From: Candidatus Gottesmanbacteria bacterium
GTDB lineage: Bacteria > Patescibacteriota > Microgenomatia > UBA10105 > UBA927
DNA: 56,688 nucleotides
Reading direction: 5' to 3'
Assembly (NCBI GenBank): GCA_043798445.1
Contig: JAZDOQ010000018.1
Location: forward strand, 1 to 56,688
Shown piece after piece: positions 1 to 9,590 of the stretch. Within the stretch, counting starts at the first letter, position 1. The number at the start of each line of letters is the position of its first letter. Made by a program: the position numbers and the translations under genes. The notes under the pieces were generated by a model that did not search any database, had not been told where the DNA came from, and saw only the letters and a program-made list of their open reading frames with translations.

Positions 1-1
1 T

Positions 2-505
2 GATCCATACAACCAAATAGCAGCAAAAAACCTCCATAAACTTGCATCAACCAAGCGCGATGCATTGATAACAACAAACACATGCGATATTTCACCGCTT
101 CTTTTCCTTGAAGAACCGGGGAAAACAAAAGTTGTTGATTGTATCAATGCCGCTCCCATGAACACATTGACCTGTCTTACCTGCGGGCAGGAAGTGTTTC
201 TTAAACCCAAAAAACACACCGTTGAGGTCAGGGATCAACATAGCAAATACCTAGGTGCGCTTCCTGATGATGTTGCATTTAAAATGATTAAACTCCTCAC
301 TGCGGGAAACACATATTCAGTATTTGTAAGAGGCATTTCAAAAAATTGTATATCGGTATTCATCAGAGAACTAAAACGGGGAAAAAAACTCCAAAATCAA
401 CCATCATTTATCGGGGCCACAAATTATATGCCCTATCAACGAGACGTCGCACATACCCCAGTCAAACCGGTCGACGAAGAAGAGCCAGAAGAAGTACAGG
501 AATAA
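2..505 (+). CDS. 5'-partial protein: end of a TPR-like region followed by a HIRAN-like C-terminal domain
   Basis: Frame open from window edge (DPYNQIAAKNLHKL, TPR-end-like); YLGALPDD..L..GNTY is HIRAN-like; acidic tail. Confidence 0.5.
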   Translation, partial: DPYNQIAAKNLHKLASTKRDALITTNTCDISPLLFLEEPGKTKVVDCINAAPMNTLTCLTCGQEVFLKPKKHTVEVRDQHSKYLGALPDDVAFKMIKLLTAGNTYSVFVRGISKNCISVFIRELKRGKKLQNQPSFIGATNYMPYQRDVAHTPVKPVDEEEPEEVQE

Positions 506-516
506 ACAACAATTCA

Positions 517-1473
517 TTACTTCGGTAGATACCGACGCTCTATCCCCTTCCCCAACCGTACAACTAAATCAGCGCGAGCGACTTCTTGACGCTCAACAAG
601 CGTACATCCGTACATCGAACGCAAAAAGTCAGCGGTATAGGAAGTCAAAAACGGTTTCATTGCTGAAACTTCACATACTCCTTCGTACGGAACATCATCA
701 TTTCCGACAGATACAACAAACCCACCCGTATGCTCTATGAGTCGTGCTACTCGCTGCCCTATACCCGGGGTGCCGGTTGTATTGTATAAGGCGATGCGTA
801 TCCCTTCCTGACGAAGCGGCGTGTCTTCAAGATTGTTTCCAATGATGGCATCGTACCGTTCCTTGTCAAACCGAATCGCCAACGTCTGATCCGGCATCTG
901 CTCATCATACGTTATCTGGTTATTTCGGAAATCAAAAACCGTTGCAGTATCAGATCCTACCAATTGAAATTTTTTCCATACATACAGCATTTCTCCAAGA
1001 CGGATGTTTGTGTTTCCCGTAACAACCATACGAATAATATTTGACAAAGAAAACGTATGTTTGAGAACAACAATGACCATATCGTCAGAAAAAGATGTAG
1101 CAGTTGAAGGAAGCGCACCGTGCCAGCGAATTGGTGTGGCAAACGATTCTTCAAGTGATGTTCTATATAATCCTCCCTTATGACGATCCATCGCATCTAG
1201 CTTCCATAGCGCATCAAGACTGTACCATCCATATCCATTCACCGCTTCTATCTGCAGGGAAGAAGGCAGTAAAAAAACAGCAAACCGTGCACGATCAGAT
1301 TCCCAAGACACTACAATCGTTGGATCTCCTTGAAGAACAATACCAGCCCTTCCTCTAGGGAGTTTTGGTGATAGAACAAAAAAAGCAAATCCCAACGCGA
1401 CAAGGGCAACAATAAAAATAACCAAAACACGGGCAATGCGGCGTTTGCTTCTCCCCCTTTGATCTGTCACCAT
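517..1473 (-). CDS. LytR C-terminal domain (LCP-like) membrane-anchored protein
   Basis: N-terminal TM; C-terminal IALYNTTGTPGIG...ADLVVRLGK typical of LytR_C. Confidence 0.75.
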   Translation of the reverse strand: MVTDQRGRSKRRIARVLVIFIVALVALGFAFFVLSPKLPRGRAGIVLQGDPTIVVSWESDRARFAVFLLPSSLQIEAVNGYGWYSLDALWKLDAMDRHKGGLYRTSLEESFATPIRWHGALPSTATSFSDDMVIVVLKHTFSLSNIIRMVVTGNTNIRLGEMLYVWKKFQLVGSDTATVFDFRNNQITYDEQMPDQTLAIRFDKERYDAIIGNNLEDTPLRQEGIRIALYNTTGTPGIGQRVARLIEHTGGFVVSVGNDDVPYEGVCEVSAMKPFLTSYTADFLRSMYGCTLVERQEVARADLVVRLGKGIERRYLPK

Positions 1474-1610
1474 TCTTTTTTTCCTTTTTTGATAATCTCA
1501 ACATGCGGCATCTGCCATGGAGTATTGGTCATCTGACGGGAAGCCCTTTTTTCAAGAGCTGATTTCTTTACTTTTTTCTTTTCATGTGTACGATAGTCGC
1601 TGGATCCCAT
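1467..1610 (-). CDS. Small basic 47-aa protein (MGSSDYRTHEKKKVKK...VEIIKKGKKEW), absent from the ORF track
   Basis: Strong SD AAAGGAGG 8 nt upstream of ATG; stop overlaps start of next gene (ATGGTGA). Confidence 0.7.
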   Translation of the reverse strand: MGSSDYRTHEKKKVKKSALEKRASRQMTNTPWQMPHVEIIKKGKKEW

Positions 1611-1646
1611 AGGTCAATCCTCCTTTAATAAGTACTACTATATCTA

Positions 1647-2825
1647 TTATATAGTCATCCACTGCTTTTTCAATTGCTGGTATGTTCCCTCCTTAATGGC
1701 TGTTCGAATAAATCCCACAAGCTGATTGATAAACGAGATATTGTGGATTGTGGCAAGTCGGTACGCAAGCAGTTCCCTAACATGGAACAGATGATGGATA
1801 TATCCCCTGGAATACTGCTTGCAGGTATAACACTGACAATTGGCATCTATCGGTTTTACATCCTCCGAATATGTTTTCTTCGTGATATCAAAAACAAATG
1901 AAGATGTTACATCCCGGATAAACAGATGTCCCATACGGGCAAGCCTTGTTGCTTGTACACAGTCAAACGTATCCACTCCCGCATCAACAAGCGTAAAGAT
2001 GTCGTCTATCTCCCCAACCCCCAGAAGATGTCGTGGTTTGTCATCAGGAAGAATCGGCAGAACCCAGAACAATACCTTTGCCATATCTTCCTTCCCCTCC
2101 CCAACAGCAACACCACCGATGGCAAAACCGTCAAAGGAAAGGTTTGTAATAAACTTGGCAGATTTTTTCCGAAGATCTTCAAAGACACTTCCTTGGATTG
2201 ATCCATACAGTGCCTGATATAACGGATATGCTTTGGCAAGCGTATTGTGTGCTTCAAGACTACGTTTTGCCCATGCATGAGTCCGGTCCATGGACCGCTC
2301 AGCCTGCTTTTTTGTCACAGGATACGGTGTGCAATCGTCAAACGCTATATGGATATCCGATCCCAAATCCCATTGGTATTCCATGCTGTTTTCTGCCGTG
2401 AATACATACTCTTTCCCATCCCAATGAGAATTGAACTTTACGCCGTCATCTGTAATCCGTACGAGACTCGCTTCTCCCTGACCGTCTTCATTCTTCCGGG
2501 CAAACCGTTTACTTCCTAAAGAAAAAACCTGGAATCCACCACTATCAGTAATCAGCGGTCGATCCCATCTCATAAATTTATGGAGACCTCCAAATTTCTT
2601 CACAACCTCCACTCCCGGTCGCATAACCATATGATAGGTATTCACAAAAAAGAGATGCACATCGAGGTCTTTTAGATCTTCAGGAGTAAGTGATTTAACG
2701 GTTGCTTGGGTTCCCACAGGCACAAATGCAGGGGTCTCGATATCTCCATGAGGGGTATGAATAACGCCTATCCGAGCCTTGCTTTTAACGTCCTTCCCTG
2801 TAACTTTGAAGCTAAAATCATGCAT
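1647..2825 (-). CDS. tgt: tRNA-guanine transglycosylase
   Basis: TPAFVPVGT, TDSGGFQVFSL, RHLLGVG, C-x-C-xx-C..H zinc site. Confidence 0.97.
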   Translation of the reverse strand: MHDFSFKVTGKDVKSKARIGVIHTPHGDIETPAFVPVGTQATVKSLTPEDLKDLDVHLFFVNTYHMVMRPGVEVVKKFGGLHKFMRWDRPLITDSGGFQVFSLGSKRFARKNEDGQGEASLVRITDDGVKFNSHWDGKEYVFTAENSMEYQWDLGSDIHIAFDDCTPYPVTKKQAERSMDRTHAWAKRSLEAHNTLAKAYPLYQALYGSIQGSVFEDLRKKSAKFITNLSFDGFAIGGVAVGEGKEDMAKVLFWVLPILPDDKPRHLLGVGEIDDIFTLVDAGVDTFDCVQATRLARMGHLFIRDVTSSFVFDITKKTYSEDVKPIDANCQCYTCKQYSRGYIHHLFHVRELLAYRLATIHNISFINQLVGFIRTAIKEGTYQQLKKQWMTI

Positions 2826-2877
2826 ATAGCGTATTGTATCATGATTAATTTGATATAGAATGATATAATATCACCAT

Positions 2878-3243
2878 ATGGCACCAGAAAACGCAAACAT
2901 CTTCTATGTAGACGACGATCAAGTGATGTCCGATTTGGATATAGAATATCTTGAAGGAATGGGACATCATGTCATTGAACAAGCGACATCACTTGCCGAA
3001 GCAAAACAAAAAATACCGAAACTAAAGGAAACAAATGTCCAAGTAGCAGTTATTGACGGAAATTTAACTCCAGGTAATAAAAGCGGGGCAGATGGAGAAA
3101 TCATGGCAAAAGCAATTCATAAAAAATTTCCTGAGATTATCGTCATTGGCCACTCTAAAGACAATCCTATTATTGGAGCCGATATTAACGTAAGTAAAAA
3201 GGCGGGACTTGTAGCCCTCGGGGAAGCCGTCACAAAAGCATAA
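2878..3243 (+). CDS. Stand-alone response regulator receiver domain protein
   Basis: FYVDDD acidic pocket, phosphoacceptor D in VIDGNL, GHS, conserved K. Confidence 0.8.
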   Translation: MAPENANIFYVDDDQVMSDLDIEYLEGMGHHVIEQATSLAEAKQKIPKLKETNVQVAVIDGNLTPGNKSGADGEIMAKAIHKKFPEIIVIGHSKDNPIIGADINVSKKAGLVALGEAVTKA

Positions 3244-3255
3244 AAATTATCTCCT

Positions 3256-3708
3256 ATGCAAAACCCAGAGCTTAAAGGAAGAAGTTTTGTCGAACCGTCT
3301 GAAGGCTGGATTATGCCACGTCAAAATATTGACGGACATGATATCGTTCGATATTTTTCCATATTGTTTGCAGACAGTCAAGGAGCAATGCTCATGGTCA
3401 AATCAAGAAATTTTGACGGATCTTTGCATAAAAACTTAAAACCACTGATTGATGAGGGTAATAAAATTGGTTATGACCTAAAAGACAAAAGCCACTTTTT
3501 TTACCCAAAGGGCGGTTCTTTATTTATGGATTATAAAATTATGCGAAGTAACTGGTATAAATCACTAATTTTACAACAGGGTGTCCAACCTGAAGATATT
3601 GATAAACAATTTTCTGAATCGATGACAGCGGAACAATTTTTCTCTACAGCACGTAGTCTTGTAGAAACTTGGTGGGATGTCCCTATCCCAATCCATGCTC
3701 GATTTTAA
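3256..3708 (+). CDS. Hypothetical protein
   Basis: 150-aa ORF directly after the receiver gene; no recognisable motif. Confidence 0.55.
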   Translation: MQNPELKGRSFVEPSEGWIMPRQNIDGHDIVRYFSILFADSQGAMLMVKSRNFDGSLHKNLKPLIDEGNKIGYDLKDKSHFFYPKGGSLFMDYKIMRSNWYKSLILQQGVQPEDIDKQFSESMTAEQFFSTARSLVETWWDVPIPIHARF

Positions 3709-5413
3709 GACGGGCTATCTTTCCGTCAATATCCGCTTGTTCTACTCCAAACTGGGAAAAAAGTTTATGGGCAATGGCTAGCGCTGCTTCAAACTCAGGT
3801 TGTACGATTGTGTGTACTCCTAATGTTTTTAATCGAAGCTGATCTTGCTCATGATGGGTTCTGCAAATAATACGAATGGATTTGTTGAGCGTTTGCGCAT
3901 TGGCAATCACCATCTCCTGTGTATGCCGGTCTGGAATTGCAATAACAACGGCTTTTGCATAGTCCACTTGTGCATAATCCAACACATCCATGTCTGCAGG
4001 GTCTCCGTAAATTACCTGAATATTTTTCTCACGCAAGAGTTTGACCGTTGTATGATCATAATCAACAACAATAAAGGGAATTCCTGCCATAGTAAGTGCG
4101 CGCCCTACATACCTCCCTACCCGACCGTATCCGCAAATAACTACGTGATCTTTAAATGCCGCTTCTTTACCGAATAATTCCGTTTCCTGCTTTTCAGGGA
4201 TAAAATTTGGATACAAGAATGGAACTTTTTTCCGTAGAAAATAAAAGATGTTCTGCGCTTTCGTAAACAAGGGAGAGCTCACCATAATGGTCACGAAAAC
4301 GAGCGCGACGATGGTTGCATAGTGTTGTTCACTTAGCACTCCCTGCGTTAACCCGACACGCGCGATTATAAACCCAAATTCACTCATTTGCGTGAGACCG
4401 ATTGCAACGATGAACGCTGTCTTCCTGTGATATCCCAAAAATCGGGATAGAAAATACACAATCACCGCTTTCACAACAACGATGATAATGGTCATGAGTG
4501 CTATGTTTGGCAGTACCGGCATGAGAAGTGACACGGGAAGCGCCATACCAAGCGACACAAAAAAGACAACAGCAAACAAATCACGGAGTGGCCGAACCTC
4601 AGCAAATATGGCATGGTTCTGACTGGTTTCTGCAACTAATATTCCTGCAATAAATGCTCCAAGTGCTGCTGAAAGACCAGCCATATACGCAACGGTGCCT
4701 GACATAAACACAAGCCCCATGACGGTCACCAAAAAAATCTCGCGGCTTCCGATAGCAGCAATTTTGTTCAGCACCCAGGGAATACCGGTTCGACCTAAAA
4801 ATATAATTGCGCCGATAGCAATTGATGCCTTAATCAAATTCACGCCCAACAAACTTACGGTTGTCACAACTGAGGCAGAGCCTGCAATATAGATTGCACC
4901 AATCGTCGGAATCATCATCATGATAGGAATCACTGCCAAGTCCTGAACAATAAGCCATCCTGTTAACACTTCTCCGGGAATAGTTTCCATTTCTCCCCGT
5001 TCAGAAAGAAGCCTGATAACAACGGCGGTTGAAGATAGTGCTGCAGCAACCGCAATAAACATGGCTGGAAGAAAAGAAAAACCAAGCGTCAAAAAAATAG
5101 GAAGGAATATACAAAATGATAATAGCATCTGGAGTGTTGCAGCCCAGGATACGGTGCCCAACACTTTCCGCAGCCTATGAAAAGAAAACTCAACGCCAAG
5201 GGTAAACAGAAGAAGCGTCACACCTGTTTCTGCGACACGCTCAATGAGCACCATATCAACGGCTGATGAAAATACATTTCCAACCAAAACGCCAACTGCA
5301 ATATATCCTAAAATAAGAGGTAGCCGGAGTGCTTTTGCGATAATGCCACCGGCAAGAGCCGCGAACAGGATAAGAAAAAGGGTGGTAAATAACGGCAGTG
5401 TTTCTGAAATCAT
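3683..5413 (-). CDS. CPA2/Kef-type cation:proton antiporter with TrkA-N (RCK) domain
   Basis: Many TMs, LSSTAVV, QDLAV, QMSEFGF; C-terminal VVICGYGRVG Rossmann motif. Confidence 0.92.
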   Translation of the reverse strand: MISETLPLFTTLFLILFAALAGGIIAKALRLPLILGYIAVGVLVGNVFSSAVDMVLIERVAETGVTLLLFTLGVEFSFHRLRKVLGTVSWAATLQMLLSFCIFLPIFLTLGFSFLPAMFIAVAAALSSTAVVIRLLSERGEMETIPGEVLTGWLIVQDLAVIPIMMMIPTIGAIYIAGSASVVTTVSLLGVNLIKASIAIGAIIFLGRTGIPWVLNKIAAIGSREIFLVTVMGLVFMSGTVAYMAGLSAALGAFIAGILVAETSQNHAIFAEVRPLRDLFAVVFFVSLGMALPVSLLMPVLPNIALMTIIIVVVKAVIVYFLSRFLGYHRKTAFIVAIGLTQMSEFGFIIARVGLTQGVLSEQHYATIVALVFVTIMVSSPLFTKAQNIFYFLRKKVPFLYPNFIPEKQETELFGKEAAFKDHVVICGYGRVGRYVGRALTMAGIPFIVVDYDHTTVKLLREKNIQVIYGDPADMDVLDYAQVDYAKAVVIAIPDRHTQEMVIANAQTLNKSIRIICRTHHEQDQLRLKTLGVHTIVQPEFEAALAIAHKLFSQFGVEQADIDGKIARLKIEHGLG

Positions 5414-6129
5414 GAAATAATCCTATTCATATCATCCGGTATCGGAGCTTCTATTGCAAGTTCTTCACCTGTTGTCGGATGAAACAGAATAATCTTCCAC
5501 GCGTGAAGCATTACACGCGGAGCCCATTCCCGGTCATCACGGCTTGTTTTTCTTCCCGCATATAAATAATCACCCAATAGCGGATGGTTAATATATTTCA
5601 TATGAACACGGATTTGATGTGTCCGTCCGGTCTCAGGATATAATTCAACAAATGAAATTTTTTCTTTACTGTGAATTGTCAACTGCGAATTAATCACTTT
5701 ATATTTCGTTATCGAATCTTTTCCACCGGGAACAATACCAAACCGTTCCCGATTCCACGGCAATCTCCCGACAGGAGCCCGCACTTCCCCTTCTTTTGGC
5801 ACGAGTTCGCCATGAACAATCGCAAGATATGTTTTTTTAATGATACGTTCCTTAAACTGTCGTTGCAGTTCAATAAACGCAGGAAGTGTTTTGGCAATCA
5901 GAAGAATTCCTGATGTTTCCTTATCAATTCTATGAACCACCCCTGATCGATCAACAAAATCGCAATATTCCTGTGTTTCAGGTTCCGTATGGGAAAAAAT
6001 GGGATAAGTTTGTTCCATCCAATCCTGAATAGTTTCTCCCTTAACGGACTCAGCACGGTTAACAACTACACCCACGGGTTTATTAATCGCTAAGAACGAC
6101 GCGTCCTTAAAAATAATGGAAATATCCAT
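5410..6129 (-). CDS. RluA/RluD-family pseudouridine synthase (no S4 domain)
   Basis: INKPVG, HRIDKETSG, TGRTHQIRVH, LHAW. Confidence 0.95.
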   Translation of the reverse strand: MDISIIFKDASFLAINKPVGVVVNRAESVKGETIQDWMEQTYPIFSHTEPETQEYCDFVDRSGVVHRIDKETSGILLIAKTLPAFIELQRQFKERIIKKTYLAIVHGELVPKEGEVRAPVGRLPWNRERFGIVPGGKDSITKYKVINSQLTIHSKEKISFVELYPETGRTHQIRVHMKYINHPLLGDYLYAGRKTSRDDREWAPRVMLHAWKIILFHPTTGEELAIEAPIPDDMNRIIS

Positions 6130-6134
6130 ACCTA

Positions 6135-6527
6135 TTACTTTTTTCCTGCGGAGCTGGATCCGGCTCTGCAGGACTTCTTCTGTTCACAGGAAAGACATAA
6201 TGTAGCCATGGGAAGAACACTTAACCGTTCCGTGTCAATCATGTTGTTACATTCTGTGCATGCTCCGTACGTGCCAACATCAATACGCACAAGAGCATCT
6301 TCAATCGTGTGAAGCTTTGCTTTTAATTCATCGACCATCGCTGAAACGCGATCGTGATTGGATTCCTCACTTGCCTCCGTATCAGACGCGGCATTATCAT
6401 TCGACCGTTCCGGATCGGTAAACGGATCTTGCTTTTGAAGTTCGGCAATACGTTCGGTCAACGTTAATTTTTCTTTTTCAAAATGTGTTTTAATTTCCTT
6501 CAATATGTCGCTTGGAAAACTTTGCAT
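6135..6527 (-). CDS. TraR/DksA C4 zinc-finger protein
   Basis: Coiled coil, GTYGACTEC..I..ERL..LP.A.LCLSC. Confidence 0.9.
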   Translation of the reverse strand: MQSFPSDILKEIKTHFEKEKLTLTERIAELQKQDPFTDPERSNDNAASDTEASEESNHDRVSAMVDELKAKLHTIEDALVRIDVGTYGACTECNNMIDTERLSVLPMATLCLSCEQKKSCRAGSSSAGKK

Positions 6528-7335
6528 ACATTCCTCCTATACATTTTTTACTTGCGCTCAACATCATGCTTCCCACATGCATTAACCGCTCTTTCCCACC
6601 GCCCCGAACATAAAAAGCGCCCAGTGATTGTCCGAAAATTCCGACAAGTATCCATTGATTGGCGCTTAGGTGTCCCAAGTATACCGCATGTTCAATAAAA
6701 AACTCAACTGCAAATGCAGATAGGGAAAACAGCGAGAAAAACCACATCGCAATACTTCCGGCTGACCATGCATATTTCTCTGAAAGTTTACGGATGATGG
6801 AAATAACAATAATAACACCAATCATGAAAGCAAGACTATACAATTGAATTGGATGCCGAAGACCAACATGTCCAACATACGGTATTGCCCATTGTGCTAC
6901 AGCTTGTTTTCCAACCGTTGATCCATCCAATAATCCTCCAATAAGACCAATTGCATAGGCCCACATGAATGATAAAGAAAAAGCGTCAAGCATGTGTGCA
7001 ACACGAATTTTGTTTTTCATCGCAAAAAATACAAGAATCAATACCGCTCCAATCAGTGCTCCGTAGAGCGATAATCCCGGTTGTACCCACAGTGCAACAA
7101 CCCGAAGCCAATTTTCTGAAAAAAGCGACGGGTGACTCACAACAAACCCAAAACGGGAAACAACAAGAGACATGAGTGTGGTAGCAAACATTGCATCAAA
7201 AATCCGTTCTTCAGTAATCGCAAGTGATCGAAGATGCCTCCAAAAGGTGAATGACCAAATAAACCAAGCAATAATCAATACAATACTAAAACTAAATACA
7301 TGAAATGTTCCGATAGAAAAAAGAATTGGCATCAT
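6490..7335 (-). CDS. Lgt-family (prolipoprotein diacylglyceryl transferase-like) membrane protein, degenerate
   Basis: MMPILFSIG start, W..PGLSLYGAL, RHPIQLY; catalytic motifs altered; start moved to MM. Confidence 0.8.
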   Translation of the reverse strand: MMPILFSIGTFHVFSFSIVLIIAWFIWSFTFWRHLRSLAITEERIFDAMFATTLMSLVVSRFGFVVSHPSLFSENWLRVVALWVQPGLSLYGALIGAVLILVFFAMKNKIRVAHMLDAFSLSFMWAYAIGLIGGLLDGSTVGKQAVAQWAIPYVGHVGLRHPIQLYSLAFMIGVIIVISIIRKLSEKYAWSAGSIAMWFFSLFSLSAFAVEFFIEHAVYLGHLSANQWILVGIFGQSLGAFYVRGGGKERLMHVGSMMLSASKKCIGGMYAKFSKRHIEGN

Positions 7336-7406
7336 ACAAAAATAAGTATACCCCAGGAAGTGCATTTGCTTCCAGTGGGAAGTTTGACTTACAATTGATG
7401 GTACCT

Positions 7407-7880
7407 ATGATGGCAACCGCACATACACTGGTCGCTGGCGCAATTGCAGCAAACGTCGGCAATCCCGCTCTCGCACTGCCTCTTGCTTTTGCGTCTCACT
7501 TTCTCTTAGACAGCATTCCGCATTGGGATTTTGGCACAAACTGGCGAAAACGAACCAAACTATCAACCGGAGTCTTTGCAATCACCGACACAGTGGTTGG
7601 TCTTACTGCTGCATGGATTTTCTTTTCAAACACGGTTCCCCCTCTCATTCTCGCCGCTTGTCTTATTCTCTCCCTTGTTCCGGATTGGCTTGAGGCACCA
7701 TGGTATATATTTTTTGCTGATCAAAAACACACAGGCCCAAAAATCAATGCAACACCTCTTGAAAAAATGACGTACGGAGTATATACATTAACCAATACAA
7801 CACACACAAAAGCACCATTCCCCTGGGGATTAATATCCCAAATTGCCACCGTTACATTTTTTTTGCTTGTGCTTCGATAA
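7407..7880 (+). CDS. Membrane-bound putative metal-dependent hydrolase (YdjM-like)
   Basis: TAHxxxG, SHFLLDSIPH, LVPD motifs among TM segments. Confidence 0.6.
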   Translation: MMATAHTLVAGAIAANVGNPALALPLAFASHFLLDSIPHWDFGTNWRKRTKLSTGVFAITDTVVGLTAAWIFFSNTVPPLILAACLILSLVPDWLEAPWYIFFADQKHTGPKINATPLEKMTYGVYTLTNTTHTKAPFPWGLISQIATVTFFLLVLR

Positions 7881-9396
7881 ATGAAACTAACGTTCTAACC
7901 CCAAATCCTGTTCCCCCATACCGCGTCAACGGTGTTTCTTTTTCAGCAAAAGCCGGGCCTGCAATATCAAGATGTGCCCACACTGTCGCGTCCTTCACAA
8001 ACTCCTTCAAAAACAGTGCACCGTTGATTGCGCCGCCGTACTTGGTTTTTGAAACATTCCGAACGTCAGCAACTGCACTTTTGAGTTCATCTTGATATTC
8101 TTTTGCAATTGGCAGACGCCATAATTTTTCACCAGAAAGAAGTCCTGCATCGAGAAGCGACCGAGCAAGCATATCATCATCAGAAAACACGCCTGCAATA
8201 TCTTCTCCAAGTGCAACTACACAGGCCCCTGTTAATGTTGCCACATCAATGATGTAATCAGACGGGACATATTTTTCTGCATAGGATAGCGCATCTGCTA
8301 AAACAAGCCTGCCTTCTGCATCAGTATTCACGACTTCAATCGTTTTCCCATTCATCGCCCGCACAATATCCCCCGGCTTTATCGCAGTCCCACTAGGCAT
8401 ATTTTCACACGCTGCAATAAGTCCGACCACAGTAATGCTTGGTTTCAACACGAAAAGCGCCTGAAATACACCAAGAATTGCAGCAGCTCCTGCCATATCA
8501 CATTTCATCGTTTCCAGTCCTGATTGGTTTTTTAATGACAATCCACCGGAATCATACGTGATTCCTTTGCCGACTAGACAGATCGTTTTCTTAGTTAACA
8601 CTGAGCTTGCCGAAGTGCCCCCGCCATGATAGGTAAGCTTGATAAACTTCGGTTCTTCATTTGATCCTTTGGAAACACCCAGGAATGCGTGCATGCCAAA
8701 TTTTTTTATCTCTTTTTTTCCATAGACTGTTGCGCGGATTCGCGGATGTTTCGCAAGAGATGTTGCTACTTTCCCTAAATACGACGGGGTCGCAACAGAT
8801 GACGGTTCATTCACAAGGTCACGCGCAAGCATTGTTCCCGATGTTCTTGTCGTACCATCAACAATGCCACGCACTGTATCATGCATTATTTCTTTGGTGA
8901 TAAAAAACGTCACCGTCTCAATATCTTTGTCTTTGTCTTGTGTTTTTTTATTCTTGTATTGTAAAAATGCATACGTTCCGAGTCCAATCCCTTCAACAGC
9001 AAGGCGAACAGCCGCAAATGCACCGAGTCTGGCAACAATCTCTTGAGGAATGGCAAGCGAAAGCGTTTTCGTTTTTCCCTGCTTTGCCCGCGCTGCTGCT
9101 GCAGCAACGGCGGTTTGCCAATCAAACGAGGTCATCCTGTTCACATCACTACATCCTGAAACGATAATGCGTGTATATGGAAGTACTCCGTGCGTCTGAA
9201 AAACAAATGTCGATCCAACTGTTGGTTCAAATTCCTCAAGCTTTAATAATTTTTTAAGCCGACCTTTGGAAGACGCGTCAATCTGGGTTACGTCATCAAG
9301 ATACACAACCCGTGATTTCGTATCAGACCCTGCAAACACAACAAGTGTGTCAGCTGACAAAGACGTAATGGATTTGATCGTGGTATAGAATTTCAT
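7852..9396 (-). CDS. pepA: Leucyl aminopeptidase (M17)
   Basis: GKGITYDSGG, MKCDMAG, NTDAEGRL, HLDIAG. Confidence 0.97.
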   Translation of the reverse strand: MKFYTTIKSITSLSADTLVVFAGSDTKSRVVYLDDVTQIDASSKGRLKKLLKLEEFEPTVGSTFVFQTHGVLPYTRIIVSGCSDVNRMTSFDWQTAVAAAAARAKQGKTKTLSLAIPQEIVARLGAFAAVRLAVEGIGLGTYAFLQYKNKKTQDKDKDIETVTFFITKEIMHDTVRGIVDGTTRTSGTMLARDLVNEPSSVATPSYLGKVATSLAKHPRIRATVYGKKEIKKFGMHAFLGVSKGSNEEPKFIKLTYHGGGTSASSVLTKKTICLVGKGITYDSGGLSLKNQSGLETMKCDMAGAAAILGVFQALFVLKPSITVVGLIAACENMPSGTAIKPGDIVRAMNGKTIEVVNTDAEGRLVLADALSYAEKYVPSDYIIDVATLTGACVVALGEDIAGVFSDDDMLARSLLDAGLLSGEKLWRLPIAKEYQDELKSAVADVRNVSKTKYGGAINGALFLKEFVKDATVWAHLDIAGPAFAEKETPLTRYGGTGFGVRTLVSFIEAQAKKM

Positions 9397-9453
9397 AAAA
9401 TATACGTTTGGAGCGTATTATACCACTAAAGTGAAAAACCAAGCAGTTTTTTG

Positions 9454-9538
9454 TGCCGAGAGAGGGACTCGAACCCTCACGGAGTATTATCTCCACAGGT
9501 TTTTGAGACCTGCGCGTATACCATTCCGCCACCTCGGC
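9454..9538 (-). tRNA. tRNA-Leu(CAA)
   Basis: Cloverleaf GCCGAGG.., anticodon arm CAGGT-CTCAAAA-ACCTG, long variable arm, TTCGAGT T-loop; CCA not encoded. Confidence 0.95.
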
Positions 9539-9590
9539 TTTAAACCTTAAAAGCTATTATACTTGAAATATGGGTTCCCTGTCATGAGGT

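Noticed and set aside
1343-1361. Possible repeat insert in the LytR_C gene (LPRGRAG)
   Set aside because: Weak palindrome with no second copy in the window
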